Shown here piece by piece: positions 37,961 to 51,920 of a stretch of DNA of 64,000 bases. This DNA comes from Octopus vulgaris. Its lineage: Eukaryota. The stretch covers positions 80,848,001 to 80,912,000 of the forward strand of contig OX597821.1 in the NCBI GenBank assembly GCA_951406725.2, given 5' to 3'. Position 1 is the first letter of the stretch, and every line of letters begins with the position of its first letter. The notes under the pieces are model-generated. The model did not search any database. It was not told where the DNA came from and saw only the letters and a program-made list of their open reading frames with translations. A program made the translations under genes and the position numbers.

Positions 37961-38721
37961 CACACACACACATATATATATACATACATACACCAAAGAG
38001 CCAGAATTGGACCTAAGTGACGGGTCATTGATAGAGTTTACAATTCTTATTTCTTTACTGCCCACAAGGGGCTACACACAAAGGGGACAAACAAGAACAG
38101 ACAAACGGATTAAGTCGATTATATCGACCCCCAGTGTGTAACTGGTACTTATCTCGGACAATAAAAATCTGTAAAACCTCCTTAAGATTTAAAGGATGAT
38201 GGTTAAATCAAGATTCTTTCCTTCACAACCTTGCTACCAAGTCGGTGATCGGTCAAAGTATCTAATTTAGAAAGAGAAAGAGAGCACATACATACATACA
38301 TACATACATACATACATACATACATACATACATACATACATACATACATACATAAATGTATGCATATATATACACATACGCATGTACAGTCAATATTTCC
38401 CTTAAATTCCTTTACTTTTTCTTCCTCCTATTTCCGCCGTCTCTTATACCAACCTTTCTGTCTGTCTGCCCTCTCTCCCCCTCTCCCCCCTCTCACTTCC
38501 ATTCTTTATTTGATAAATTATTCCAAAACGAAACATGAAACATTAACGACACAGATGGAAAAAAATAAAGAACGAAATATAAAACTTAACAACCAAACAG
38601 GAGCATAAATCTTATCCGCATTTGCATTCAAGATGGAAAATAATGGTGCAACCAAGACAGACTTGGAGGAGCATTTTGACCAGCATCCGATGGCCCGGCC
38701 GATACACTGATACTGTGATTC

Positions 38722-38929
38722 ATCATTTAATATACACAGAATTAAAAAAAAAAAAGAGCAACTAATGGTTTCATGCCGGAGAGATAGAATAATTTGGCAG
38801 ATTTATATAATATGCCCATGGGATTGCTTGGAGACACATGGTATGTTATAAAAATCTGCAAAATTATTCTCTCTCTGCGGTATGCAACCATTAGAAGCTT
38901 TTTCTTAAATTCTGTGTATATTAAATGAT
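38722..38929. repeat. Imperfect ~95-bp-arm foldback (palindromic MITE-like)
   Basis: ATCATTTAATATACACAGAATT... / ...AATTCTGTGTATATTAAATGAT. Confidence 0.85.
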
Positions 38930-38992
38930 ATTTATCTCCTATTGAATGGAGTACTTTTTTTTGTTAATACTACGTATAACGTAATAGTAAAG

Positions 38993-40290
38993 TACGAATG
39001 GGTGGCCCAAACTAACCGGAAACGTTCTCTGTAGGACAAGTACGTTGTGGTTCTGGCCTCTGCCTCTAAAAGCTGCCTCATGCGACCCTCACGCATCAGT
39101 CTGTCGACCGGCGTCGTCGAGTGAAGTCGTACTGCAACGTGGTGCGCATGTGCTTTGAAGTGCTTCTCCCCTATTCGTCAATTTTTGCAATTGCTGAAAT
39201 GAAGAAACAGCGTGATTCTGTGAAATTTTGTTCTCTGCTAGAGAAAATGGCGGTCGAAATAGTTATCATGCTTCAAACAGCTCACAAGGACGCTGTCATG
39301 AGCAAAACACAAGTTTACGAGTGGTTTCCACACTTTAGGAATGGTCACTTGTCGCATAAAGACCAATCTCGTTCAAGGTGACTGTCGAACTCCCGAACAA
39401 ATGAAAACATCACGAAAATTCATGAACCGATCTTGAAGGACCGTCGCCGAACAATTGACGAACTTGTTTGTATGACTGGTGAGTCCTGGAGCAGCTCCCA
39501 ATGAACGAAGAATTGCGAACGAAAAAAAGTTGCAGCAAAATGTGTGCCTCGCTTGCTCACGGAAGATTAAAAGCAGTCACGACTGAATTCATGTCGGGAA
39601 CTGAAACAGCAGTTGGAAGTTAATTCGGAGCTTTTTTCCGAAGGTCATCACTGGTGAGGAAAGCTGGTAATACGGCTACACCCCAGAAACGAAGCAGCAA
39701 TCAAGTCAATGGAAGCATTCAATATCACCAAGTCTTGCAAAAGCGCGTCAAGAGAAGTTCAATGTGAAGATGACTCTGATTTGTTTCATCGATGCGAAAG
39801 GAATTCTCTACGGAGAATCTGTTCTTTCTGCTCAAACAGTTAACCAGACATTTTACTTGGCATTTCTGAAGGTTTTATCAAAATGTGGTGAGACGAAAAT
39901 GCCTGTGGCAAAGTGGAGAGAGGTGGTTTCATCATAACAATGCGCCTGTGCACACCGCCTTGAGTGTGAGACAGTTTTTGACCAAACATAGCATGACCCC
40001 GCTTACTCACCTTGCTCCCTGCGCCTTCTTTTTAAATTCCCCCGAATAAAAAAAGTCCTTGATGGAAAAAGTTTAAGATGTGGAAGAGGCGGGAAAAAAA
40101 ACAATAAATGACGGAAGCGTTAAAAGGCAGCACTTGGCAAGAGTTCCAGGATTGTTTCGATCAGTGGAAAACGCATCAGGACCGATTCATTGTTTCAAAT
40201 GGGGAACACTTTGAAAGCAAAAACAGTGAAAACTTGTAAAACTAAGGGAATAAAATAATATTGCAAAATACCGGTTTCTTTCATAAATAT
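38993..40290 (+). mobile_element. Degenerate mariner transposon
   Basis: QRDSVKFC..KTQVYEWF..F..G HTH, AAKCVPRLLT, VITGEESW, WFHHNNAPVHTA remnants. Confidence 0.85.
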
Positions 40291-40344
40291 ATACGAGTGA
40301 GTAGACAAAAGAGAGAAGGGCAGTCAACACATTATAAGGGGTTT

Positions 40345-41125
40345 CATGTATGTATGTATGTGTGTATGTATGTATGTATGTGTGTGTGTATGTATGTGTG
40401 TGTGTATGCATGCATGTATGTATGTATGTATGTATGTATGTGTGTATGTATGCATGCATGCATGTATGTATGTATGTATGTATGTATGTATGTATGTATG
40501 TATGTATGTATGTATATATGTATGTATGTGTGTATGTATGTATGTATGCATGTATGTATGTATGCATGTATGTATGTATGTATGTATGTATGTATGCATG
40601 CATGTATGTATGTATGTATGTATGTATGTATGTATGTATGTATGTATGTATGTATGTATGTATGTATGTATGTATGCATGTATGCATGTATGTATGTATG
40701 CATGTATGTATGTATGTATGCATGTATGTATGTATGTATGTATGTATGCATGTATGTATGCATGTATGTATGCATGTATGTATGTATGTATGTATGCATG
40801 CATGCATGTATGTTTGTATGTATGTATGTATGTATGTATGCATGTATGTATGTATGTATGTATGTATGTATGCATGTATGTATGTATGTATGTATGCATG
40901 CATGTATGTATGTATGTATGTATGCATGTATGTATGTATGCGTGTGTGTATGTATGTATGTATGTATGTGTATGTGTGTGTATGTATGTATGTATGTATG
41001 TATGTATGTATGTATGTATGTGTGTGTGTGTGTGTATGTGTGTGTATGTATGTATGTATGTATGTGTATGTGTGTGTATGTATGTATGTATGTATGTATG
41101 TATGTATGTATGTATGTGTATATAT
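40345..41125. repeat. Long (TATG)n/(CATG) microsatellite; similar arrays at 35065-35330, 37303-37613, 46500-46653, 49400-50060 and 60938-61018
   Basis: Read directly from the sequence. Confidence 0.98.
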
Positions 41126-41789
41126 GAAACGATATTAGCTGAGAGAAATAAGTGAGAGTTGTCAGTGCTATACAGTCGAGCAACAATGACGAATAAGTGT
41201 ATATTAAAACCCATAGAAAAATTATTGATTTATTAAAGCTATCTTCACTGGGTTGGCGATTGGATGGGATTGGGGAGATAGTCTATGATTTAACCCGCAC
41301 CTCACCACCACCACGCGCACACAAACCACACACATACACACACACACACACACACAATCTTTCCATTGTCTTAGCGATTCAGTAGAAACTTCACTGGAAA
41401 TTTTTCATTCATGAATATTGGTGCGATTGTGATGCTACTCTGATTGTCCGATTGTTGTATTACTTTTGCCCATTGGTCAGGTTCTGGTTCCCAACCATGG
41501 ACATGGAAGAGGGTGGTGGCTGTCGAAATAGAAACTTTAAGCTGTCCTGTCCGATTCTTCGACATGCTTTCCATTCAATGTCTCTTGAATAGTACTTTGT
41601 TTTATCGATCCCGAAAAGACGAAAGGCAAGGTTAACCTCGGCGGTGCATAAATCTAAACTCATCAGCCCTTAGCAGCATTGAAACCACTTTAGATGTTGG
41701 TTTGGCATATCTTGAACACTTATTTTGAAATAGCCATAAAAATATAATAAATATTAGCACAATAAATATTAAAGTTCTGATGCTTTTCA

Positions 41790-42188
41790 ACTCTTTTACT
41801 TGTTTCAGTAATGTGACGGCGGCCATGCCGGAGCACCGCCTTTAGTCGAGCAAATCGACCTCATGACTTATTCTTTGTAAGCCTAGTACTTATTCTATCG
41901 GTCTCTTTTGCCGAACCGCTAAGTTACGGGGACGTAAACACACCAGCATCGGTTGTTAAGCGATGTTGGGGGAGACAAAGACAGACACACAAACATATAC
42001 ACACATACATATACACATATATACGACGGGCTTCTTTCAGTTTCCGTCTACCAAATCCACTCACTTAAGCTTTGATCGGCCAGAGGCTATAGTAGAAGAC
42101 ACTTGCCCAAGGTGCCACGCAGTGGGAATGAACCCGGAACCATGTGGTTCGTAAGCAAGCTACTTACCACACAGCCACTCCTACGCCA
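41790..42188 (-). mobile_element. SINE family A, full length
   Basis: Head and tail both present. Confidence 0.9.
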
Positions 42189-42853
42189 ATACTTTATAAT
42201 AATTATTGTAGGAGGCAATTAACTATGTCTAGGGAAAAAGATGCGCGTGCCGTTAGCAGTACAGCAGGTTGGGGCACACTTTCGTTTATCAACTGTTGAA
42301 TGTCTTCAGGTCGCACTTTGAAGCGTGTAAAAGAGGGAGGTGGAAATGAAGAAAAGGAAGCATTGATAGATAAATAAGTAAAGAGGAGGAGGAGGAAGAA
42401 TAGAGATGTAGAGAGATGAAAAGAAAACGGTGAGAATGCATTCATTGACAATTCCATGTTATTATGCTAAGGTCTTGGCTCTTTCCCATTTCGACACAAT
42501 TATGTCATTTCAAAGGACGCTCTTTCAGATATATAATTTCTTTATAATGATAGCAGTGATCTTTATATGACAAAGAACAGTCGAGAAAGATTTGGAAAAG
42601 ATAAATAAATAAAACGGATGCCTCTTTTAAACACTTAGATGTAGCAACTTCCGCTAAATGTCGAAAAAGCAGAGCAATAAATTACTAAAATATGGAATTT
42701 AATGAAATGTTCTTTGATTAACCTTTGCGAAATTTTACCCAATTTTATCAAATTTAGACATTTCTAGACAAGTCCCACTTCGTTCGTCTGAATTCGAAAC
42801 AATATCTAGTTTTTGTTCGAGACAGTTGTCGTGCATGCGTTTGTATATATATG

Positions 42854-42947
<94 letters not shown>

Positions 42948-42952
<5 letters not shown>

Positions 42953-43544
42953 GTAAATATAAGAGAGTTACCGTTAAGTGGTTAACTCTAGTGCTAGAAA
43001 TAGCTCCTTATTCTGGAAATTAATATCTAATTTTTCCCCCTCATTTATGAATTTATAAATTTAATATACTGCAGTAAATATTATATGCAGTATTCGTTTC
43101 CACTAAGTCTTACCATGCTTTTGGCGGGGAAGCTAAATCACAACTATGTATGCAATCGATTGGACCGCATGGGTATTTATCGCCCGTGAGGGTCTAATAA
43201 ATTGTATCGAAGACAAATGCTGCTGATGACTTATAGATAAATATGTGAGTATAATTGCATATTATATTGATAAAGAAACAATTGTTCAGCATTAATCTAT
43301 CTTTCCGTTGTATTTAACTTTCCTTACGTTGAAGGTAATTTTATTTCTTTTGTGGAAACAACTTCGGTGGCTATACCAGAATAAGGAGCTATTTCTAGCA
43401 CTAGAGTTAACCACTTAACGGTAACTCTCTTATATTTACGTATAAATTTGTATTGTCTCCCTGGTTTTTATGTGCTAGGCCAATTGGTGTTAAACTGATG
43501 GTATTATTAAATTAATATCTAATTTTTCACCCTCATTTATGAAT
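42948..43544 (+). mobile_element. (TA)n-flanked hammerhead element with a 69-bp inverted arm and 36-bp terminal redundancy
   Basis: Inverted 42948-43016 / 43376-43444; direct 43017-43052 / 43509-43544. Confidence 0.85.
43216..43293 (+). ncRNA. Type I hammerhead ribozyme motif (C3-G8)
   Basis: AATGCTG-CTGATGA-c-TTAT...ATAA-a-GAAA-CAATTG-TT^-CAGCATT; 7-bp stem I, palindromic stem III. Confidence 0.82.
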
Positions 43545-43569
43545 GTGTGTGTATATATATATATATATC

Positions 43570-43832
43570 ACGTGTTCACGGGACCGACCAGGCTGTCAGA
43601 TGTTGCTACACATCGCTGGTCACAATGCGCTTCGCATTGTTTTAGCATTTAAGTGACGCCACCCCGCTTGCTAAGCGAGCAGGCCAACAGAAGAAAGAGT
43701 GAGAGAAAGTCGAAGCCTCGTGGAGCTTTAGGTGTTTTCGCTCAATAAACACTCACAACGCCCGGTCTGGGAATCGAAACCGCGATCCTACGACCGCGAG
43801 TCCGCTGCCCTAACCACTGGGCCAAAGCGCCT
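43570..43832 (-). mobile_element. tRNA-derived SINE
   Basis: Minus-strand head TGGCCCAGTGGTTAGGGCAGCGGACTCGCGGTCG...GGTTTCGATTCCC. Confidence 0.8.
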
Positions 43833-43901
43833 CCACACACACATACACACACACACACATATATATAAATTATATGTATATGTATGTTTATATATACATA
43901 T

Positions 43902-44376
<475 letters not shown>

Positions 44377-44623
44377 GCGTAATATATATTTATACATACA
44401 GCCGACTGAAACTGCGCTTGCGCGGTGAATTTGAAAACTTATTTTGCATAACGATGAGACACGTGTTATTCGTCTCTTAATTATATGTCAGTGTTATGGT
44501 GCGGTCACTGATGAGAAATTTCGCCTAGCAAATTATTTTATTTGCTAAAAAATTTTGAAACATAAGTCTGACCGGATCAAAATAACAAGGTAAAAGTTTT
44601 TACTTTTCATTCCTTTTGAATAT

Positions 44624-44662
<39 letters not shown>

Positions 44663-44789
44663 TAACTTGTTTCAGTCACTTGACTGTGGTCATGCAGAAG
44701 TACAGCGTTGAAAGGTTTATTCGAACAAATCGATCCGGGTACATTTTTCTTAAGTGTGATACTTTTTCTGTCGGTTCCTTTTGCCGAAA

Positions 44790-46080
44790 CTGGCTCTATG
44801 TAGACGACGGTGAACAGGTGTGGTCGTCGTTTGTGAGGCACGCTTTCCCGCAGCTCGTCTCCATGACCGAACTGCAGTCGTGGATCAAAAAGAGGCCGAG
44901 GAAGGGCGAATGGCACCGCGAGTGTCGCGTTACTCTCAAGCAAATCTGCCGTCCTGGGTCGACCTTGAGTGACTTCAACACAACCAAAGCATTCTATAGG
45001 GGATTAGTGGAGGGGAGGTACGACGACGAGCTCGGGGCGAACCTGGACGTCGACGAGGAGTACCTGACCCGCCTGTTCAGGACGACTTTCGGGCCAGGGC
45101 CCATGGACAACTTCCAGAGATCCCTGGCCTGGCAGTGTTACCGAGAAGCGCTACCCGTTCGGGATAAGCTCTACAGACACGGCTCGAGAAACACGGGGCC
45201 GACCTGCCCGAGATGCGGTCAGAGCGACGAAACCGTTCTGCACGCACTCGTGCAGTGTCCAACAATTTCCGACCTGTGGGCTTGTGTCGAACAACTGCTG
45301 TTACGTGTGGGACGAGTCGGTTTATCAGCTGAGTCTATCGTCAATATTGTCACGCCTCCTTCCTTCAAACGGGAAGGAAGAGCTATTTTCAGCATCCTTG
45401 TGGCTATGGCGAAAGAATGTATCTGGTGGACACGTCTGAAAGGATTGGAGACAAACACTTTCCTCTCTGGTCAATCTCTCATCAACTTCTTCAAGTACCA
45501 CTTGAAAAGGAAAGTGAGAGTAGAGAGGCAAGTTTTGTCTAGCGAATGTTTTAAAAAAAGATGGGTGAATGTAGCAAGGATGGCACGTATGAATGACGAA
45601 GCCACCTTGAGCATAGTCCTATGAACCCAGAAATTGAAAACAGAGGGTTACCCACTGGCAAACAAATGTGGTAACATATAACAATATTGACCAAGGTTAC
45701 CGTGGTCTTTTTCGTAGGCTTTTCTTCCCACGGATAAACCTTACTTGCTTTCCCCTTTACACCATATATCATAACACTGTGATACACGATCCCTATTGAT
45801 AGTTCCTTTTTTTTCTTTTTTTTTTCCTCTTCCCCCTTTTTTCCCCTTTTTCTTCTTTATTCATTTCTCTTTTCTTTTGTTCCTTTCCCTTTCTTTTTTT
45901 TTCTTTTATTCTTTTTATTTTTTATTCTATTTTTTTTCTTTTTTTTGTTCTTTTCTTCCCTTTTACGATCCCTCTTGATCGAAAACCTACGCCACCCCCT
46001 TTTTTTCATCCCCCCAAAGAAAAGCTCTACCTTGTAACTTGTCCCATCTGTGTGCAGCCCTGTGTGGCCAATAAAGAAAC
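44790..46080 (+). mobile_element. 5'-truncated L1/Tx1-clade LINE: ORF2 C-terminus (zf-RVT-type) plus 3' UTR
   Basis: LAWQ..REALPVRDKL...CPRCGQSDETVLHALVQCP..W; stop at 45624; T-rich UTR, AATAAA 46070-46075, (TATC)n tail. Confidence 0.88.
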
Positions 46081-46211
<131 letters not shown>

Positions 46212-46231
46212 TATACATATATGTATATATA

Positions 46232-46487
46232 TTAGTCCGGGCAAGGTTATTTGAGGAAGACCGGCTGTTGCCCATGCAAACCATTGTCCCTTCTTCACAC
46301 CATCGATGTTGTTCAAGGGTCAGGCTTCGAACCAGAGACCTCACAACTCGTTTCTACAGCTGAGTGAATGGAACAGCGTGAAAGAAAGTGACTTGCTCAA
46401 GAACACAACTTACAGTCTAGTTCGGTAATCGAACTCAGCGTCACGATTGTGATTCTGACGCCCTTACCACTGAGTCATGCGCCTTCA
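46232..46487 (-). mobile_element. SINE family E
   Basis: Homologous to 37617-37960. Confidence 0.7.
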
Positions 46488-46818
46488 GTTTAGATATGTA
46501 TACATACATACATACATACATACATACATACATACATACATACATACATACATACATACATACATACACACATACCCACATACATACATACATACATACA
46601 TACATACATACATACATACATACATACATACATACATACATACATACATACATAAATGGTGCAAAAAGGAAAAATAAAACACAAAGATGAGATAAAAAGA
46701 AAAACAGTGTATTAGGTTTACGCTCAGAGAAAATGAAAGGAAAAGTCTTTTTTGTTTCCAACATACGTTCTGTAGAAAGAAAAGGCAAGGAGGACAAAAA
46801 AGATGGAGCGAGAAAAGA

Positions 46819-46873
<55 letters not shown>

Positions 46874-46882
46874 TGAGTGAGT

Positions 46883-46917
<35 letters not shown>

Positions 46918-46922
46918 CGTGC

Positions 46923-46972
<50 letters not shown>

Positions 46973-47219
46973 GTGTGTGCGTGTGTGTGTTTAATTGAAG
47001 ATGGTTACAGTCATAGATGTCGACATACTTTGCAAAAAGAGAAACATTCAAAATTCCCGTACTTGCATAACACCCAACATAAAAACTCCGGATACTGCAT
47101 TGCCTAAGATTGTCAAACCAGTCTTTAAAAACAGAGATAGCAACAGAAGCCTTTCTCACTTTTCTCGGCAATATGACAAAATGCGCTGACACTATTTGAT
47201 TGATACCAATATTTCAGAT

Positions 47220-48050
47220 ACTCTTTTACTCTTTTACTTTTTTCAGTCATTTGACTGCGGCCATGCTGGAGCACCGCCTTTAGTCGAGCAAATCGAACCC
47301 ATGACTTATTCTTTGTAAGCTTAGTACTTATTCTATCGGTCTCTTTTGCCGAACCGCTAAGTTACGGAGACATAAGCGATGATGGGGGGGGGGGGGGCGG
47401 ACAAACACAAACACACAAACACACACACATATATATATATACATATACATATATACATGTATGCGACGAGCTTCTTTCAGTTTCCGTCTACCAAATCCAC
47501 TCACAAGGCTTTGGTTGGCCCGAGACTATAGTAGAAGACACTTGCCCAAGGTGCCACGCAGTGGGACTGAACCCGGAACCATGTGGTTGGTAAGCAAGCT
47601 TCTCACCACACAGCCACTCCTGCGCCTATATTTAACTGGACCACAAAGAAAATTGGTTGCGATGTCATGGCTGTGAAGTTAAGAAGCTCGCCTTGCGACC
47701 TGGTGGTTCAGGTTCAATATTACTGCGTAGCACTATTGGCAAATATCTCCTACTTTAGTACCGGGCTGATAAATGCCGTGTGAGTGAATTTGGTAGACGG
47801 AAACTGTGAGGAAGTCTGTCGTGTGTGTGTGTACCTTTGGGTTTGTGTTTGTCCTACTACCTTCGCTTGACAACGGGTGCTGGTCTGTTTATGTCACCGT
47901 AATATAGTGGTTCAGCAAAAGAGACCGATGAAATAAATACTAGATTTGAAAGAAAAAGAAAACAGAAAAACTGGGGTCAATTTGTTCGACTAAACCCTTC
48001 AATGTGGTGTTCCAGCATGACCGCAACCCAATGACAGAAATAAGTAAAAG
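47220..48050. mobile_element. Two SINE A copies head-to-head (47220-47627 minus; 47667-48050 plus, more diverged)
   Basis: Homology to the other family A copies. Confidence 0.85.
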
Positions 48051-48104
48051 TTAAAGACGGAAGGTAAGAAAAAATATGATCGGAGACCAGGTTCGAATGT
48101 TTGC

Positions 48105-48761
48105 TATTTCTTTATTGCTCACAAGGGGCTGAATATAGAGGGGACAAACAAGGACAGACAAACGAATTAAGTCGATTATATCGACCCCAGTGCGTAACTG
48201 TTACTTAATTTATTGACCCCCGAAAGGATGAAAAGCAAAATCGACCTCGGCGGAATTTGAACTCAGAACATAAAAACAGACGAAATACCTATTTCTTTAA
48301 TACCCACCAGGGGCTAAACACAGAGAAGACAAACAAGGACAGACAAACAAGGACAGACAAACAAGGACAGACAAACAAGGACAGACAAACAAGGACAGAC
48401 AAACGGATTAAGTCGATTATATTGACCCCAGTGCGTAACTGGTACTTATTTAATCGACCCCGAAAGGATGAAAGGCAAAGTAGACCTCGGAGGAATTTAA
48501 ACTCAGAACGTTGCAGCAGACGAAATACCTATTTCATTACTACCCACAAGGGGCTAAACACAGAGAGGACAAACAAGGACAGACAAAGGGATTAAGTCGA
48601 TTACATCGACCCCAGTGCGTAACTGGTACTTAATTTATCGACCTTGAAAGGATGAAAGGCAAAGTCGACCTCGGCGAAATTTGAACTCAGAACGTAACGG
48701 CAGACGAAATACGGCTACGCATTTCGTCCGGCGTGCTAACCACTCTGCCAGCTCCCCGAAC
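48105..48761 (-). mobile_element. SINE family B tandem multimer with an 18-bp TSD
   Basis: CCAGGTTCGAATGTTTGC at 48087-48104 and 48762-48779. Confidence 0.9.
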
Positions 48762-49584
48762 CCAGGTTCGAATGTTTGCAACAGAGTGGACCAGTTAAAG
48801 GCGCAACGAAGAGCCAGGCAGTGATGTCGTAAACGAGGCAAACAACTGAGTCTGTTTCCAAGGAAAGTTTCACTAACTCTGCTTGTCGCAGGCATCAACT
48901 TATTTCTTGTTAAACTCTTTATGTACGATACAATCGCCCTCAGTTGTACATGATTCTCACCACTTTAGATATTGGTTTGGCACATTTTCGGTGTCTTCTG
49001 CGGAGGAAGGCTAACGAACCAGAAACGCGTCTTGGAGTCTGAAGGAGGGCACCATTGATCAGATAAGGGTATTTTTACACCTTTTACCAAAAGCGGGAAT
49101 TTTTGCTGTGCGATACACTGCAGCAGTTAGAAGTGAAATATGTCGCATGTTTGTACTAACTTACATTTCGTACAGTTTAAACAGTTATTTTCTTGATTTA
49201 TTCAACTAAACCTTTCAGAACGGTGCCCCAGCATGACCGCAATCCGATAACTGAAAAAATACAAAAAAATTAAAATCAATGTTTTCTAGTAGAACACTAA
49301 GATTTTTTCTAAAATTTAGCATCAAATTCTACAGAGTTATTTAAATACTAAATACTTCTAGGTAAGGAATCAGATACAGTGAATTAGAATAATATGCTTC
49401 CATACATACACATACATACATACATACATACATACATGCATTCATACATACATACATACATACATACATACATACATACATACATACATACATACATACA
49501 GACAGACAGACAGACATACATGCATTCATACATACATACATACAAACATACATACATGCATGCATGCATACATACATACATTCA

Positions 49585-49743
<159 letters not shown>

Positions 49744-51228
49744 TCATACATACATACATGCATTCATACATACATACATGCATACATGCATTCATACATA
49801 CATACATACATACATACATACATTCATACATACATACATACATTCATACATACATACATACATACATACATACATACATACATACATACATACATACATA
49901 CGTACGTACATACATACATACATACATACATACATACATACATACATACATACATACATACATACCTACATACATATATACATACATACATAAATGCATG
50001 CATACATACATACTTAGGTGCGTACGTATGTACATACATACATACGTACGTTCGTACGTACACACACATCCATCCATTAGCCATTCTCTCGATAGGTCGC
50101 TTGTTGCTCTTAACATTGTGTGTTCGTTCTAGGAATGATGCTGCTATATCGGTACCAAAACGACGAAATAATGCCAGATCAAATTACCGAAGTGGAACAA
50201 TGGAAAAATAAAAAAAAAAATTTTAAATAAAGAAATGAAAGTGTGATAATGATGATGATGATGATGATGATGATGGCGGTGGTGGTGGTGGTCCAATACT
50301 GTATAAAAAATATTTGAAACAAAATACAAGCGCAAAAATGTTGTCGAGTTATTGCTATGACGAACAAATGTTCTAAATGTGACAGCTGTATGGCAAGTCA
50401 ATAATTTTGTTGCGTCGCTCCGCTTAAAATAATCCCTTGCCTCCCCATTTTTTTTTTATGAGTATGTTAAAGGATGGAAGGTTCGGGTGGAAGGTTCGGG
50501 TGGTAGATGAGGGAATGGAGTGGAGTTTCAGTCAAAGTAAATTCTGACTATTGCAACAAATAAATGGGTATTAATAAAAATAAAAAAATACCGAAATTGC
50601 TCCGCAACTGCATTCCATATGGCGCCAAATGTCTCTTCAACTTCTTGTGGTTGGTATTTATTTATTTATTTATTTATTCATATTAGGGGTTATATAAGAA
50701 AAGAGAGTGAAAGAGAGAAAGACAGAAAGAAGGAAAGAGAGAAAGAGAGAGAGAGAGCTTCATACTTGAGTTAAGTACGGTTGTGTATTGTTTTTAAGTT
50801 GTTGAATATAAGAAGATATAGGCGAACTTGAAATGCGATCCCTTTTATTTATTACCGAATGAATTCAAAGTTTCATTGAATAGTGGATGGAACCTCTACG
50901 TGGTCATTCAACTCAACTGTACAGAAATAACAGCCGAATTACTCTAAAATCACAACTTACCATTTTTAAAATGCGGTGATTGTCACAAGACCGCTTTTGA
51001 TCACAGATTTTCTTAATCAGAATTGATCTGGTGCTAAATAATAATAAAGATAACGAAGGCAACGATTTCACAGCGATTATATAGAATGGCTTTTACACAC
51101 ATGGGGCATTCATAACAGTGTCAAGTAGAGATCAAATGATTTTACTTTATCTTTCGTTATTTTTGTCCTCTTCCTAAGTTGTCCATAAGGCGACGATATG
51201 GATCTTTCTTCTGTGCTATCCTTTTTAT

Positions 51229-51460
51229 TTGTTAAATAAAAATGGATCAAGGTCTGAATACTTCGCAAGAACCTTGCAGGCAATGGCTGCACTAATTAAA
51301 CACAAATCAACATTGGAAAATAAAGACATCACTATGAACAATAAAGTCAGACTCCTACGCTCACTGGTATTTTCCAGCTTCTCGTACGGATTCTCACAGC
51401 AGAGATTCAAAGGAAGATACAGGAATTGGAAATGGAGATAAAAGTATTAACCATCTCCTA
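51229..51460 (+). pseudogene. RTE-clade LINE fragment
   Basis: GSRSE..AR..QAMAAL....KDITMNNKVRLLRSLVFS.FSYG. Confidence 0.65.
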
Positions 51461-51599
51461 AATGAATGCAGTAAGCTAGCACAAAAAGAGTATAAGTGCA
51501 GGCATGAATGGGCTGATAAACGAGTACATTGAACTGTTAGCCAAGTTTGTGAATTCAAAGAGAAAGAAAAGTGGTATGATCACAAACCAACGGATGTGA

Positions 51600-51920
51600 T
51601 GATGCATGATAATTACAAACTAATAAGAAATTCCTCCATAAAAAATGGTCATAATAAGAGACCAGATATGATCGAAGTGGACAAAAAATAATGCAAGATC
51701 ATAAACTTTGCAATACGATATATGGCGGCCAGAAATGAGGAGACCGTGAAACATAAAGATGACATTCGTTGCTATGGTTGTTGGTACACTTGGCACAACA
51801 CCCAAACTACTACCTAAGAGACTGGAGGATATAGGAATTGAGACACGCATTTTCTACCTGCAGAAAAGTGCCATCTTGTATTTTGAAAGAATCCTATGGA
51901 AAATTCTTGAGATTTGAGAT
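51600..51920 (+). pseudogene. RLE-type LINE C-terminal fragment
   Basis: VAMVVGTLGTTPK.L.KRL..IGI....LQKSAIL...RIL.KIL. Confidence 0.65.

Noticed and set aside
40187-41214. Long ORFs of 246-296 aa (MYVC/HTYI repeats), likewise near 19.7, 35.1, 37.3, 46.5 and 49.4 kb
   Set aside because: Translations of (TATG)n/(TA)n/(TG)n microsatellites
43755-43832. tRNA-like sequence (also the heads of other SINEs)
   Set aside because: Continues into a SINE body, acceptor stem is imperfect and there is no terminator; not a tRNA gene
48995-49045. GAAACGCGTC with upstream CTGCGGA, hammerhead-like
   Set aside because: A6 is mutated and stem I does not pair; at most a decayed relic
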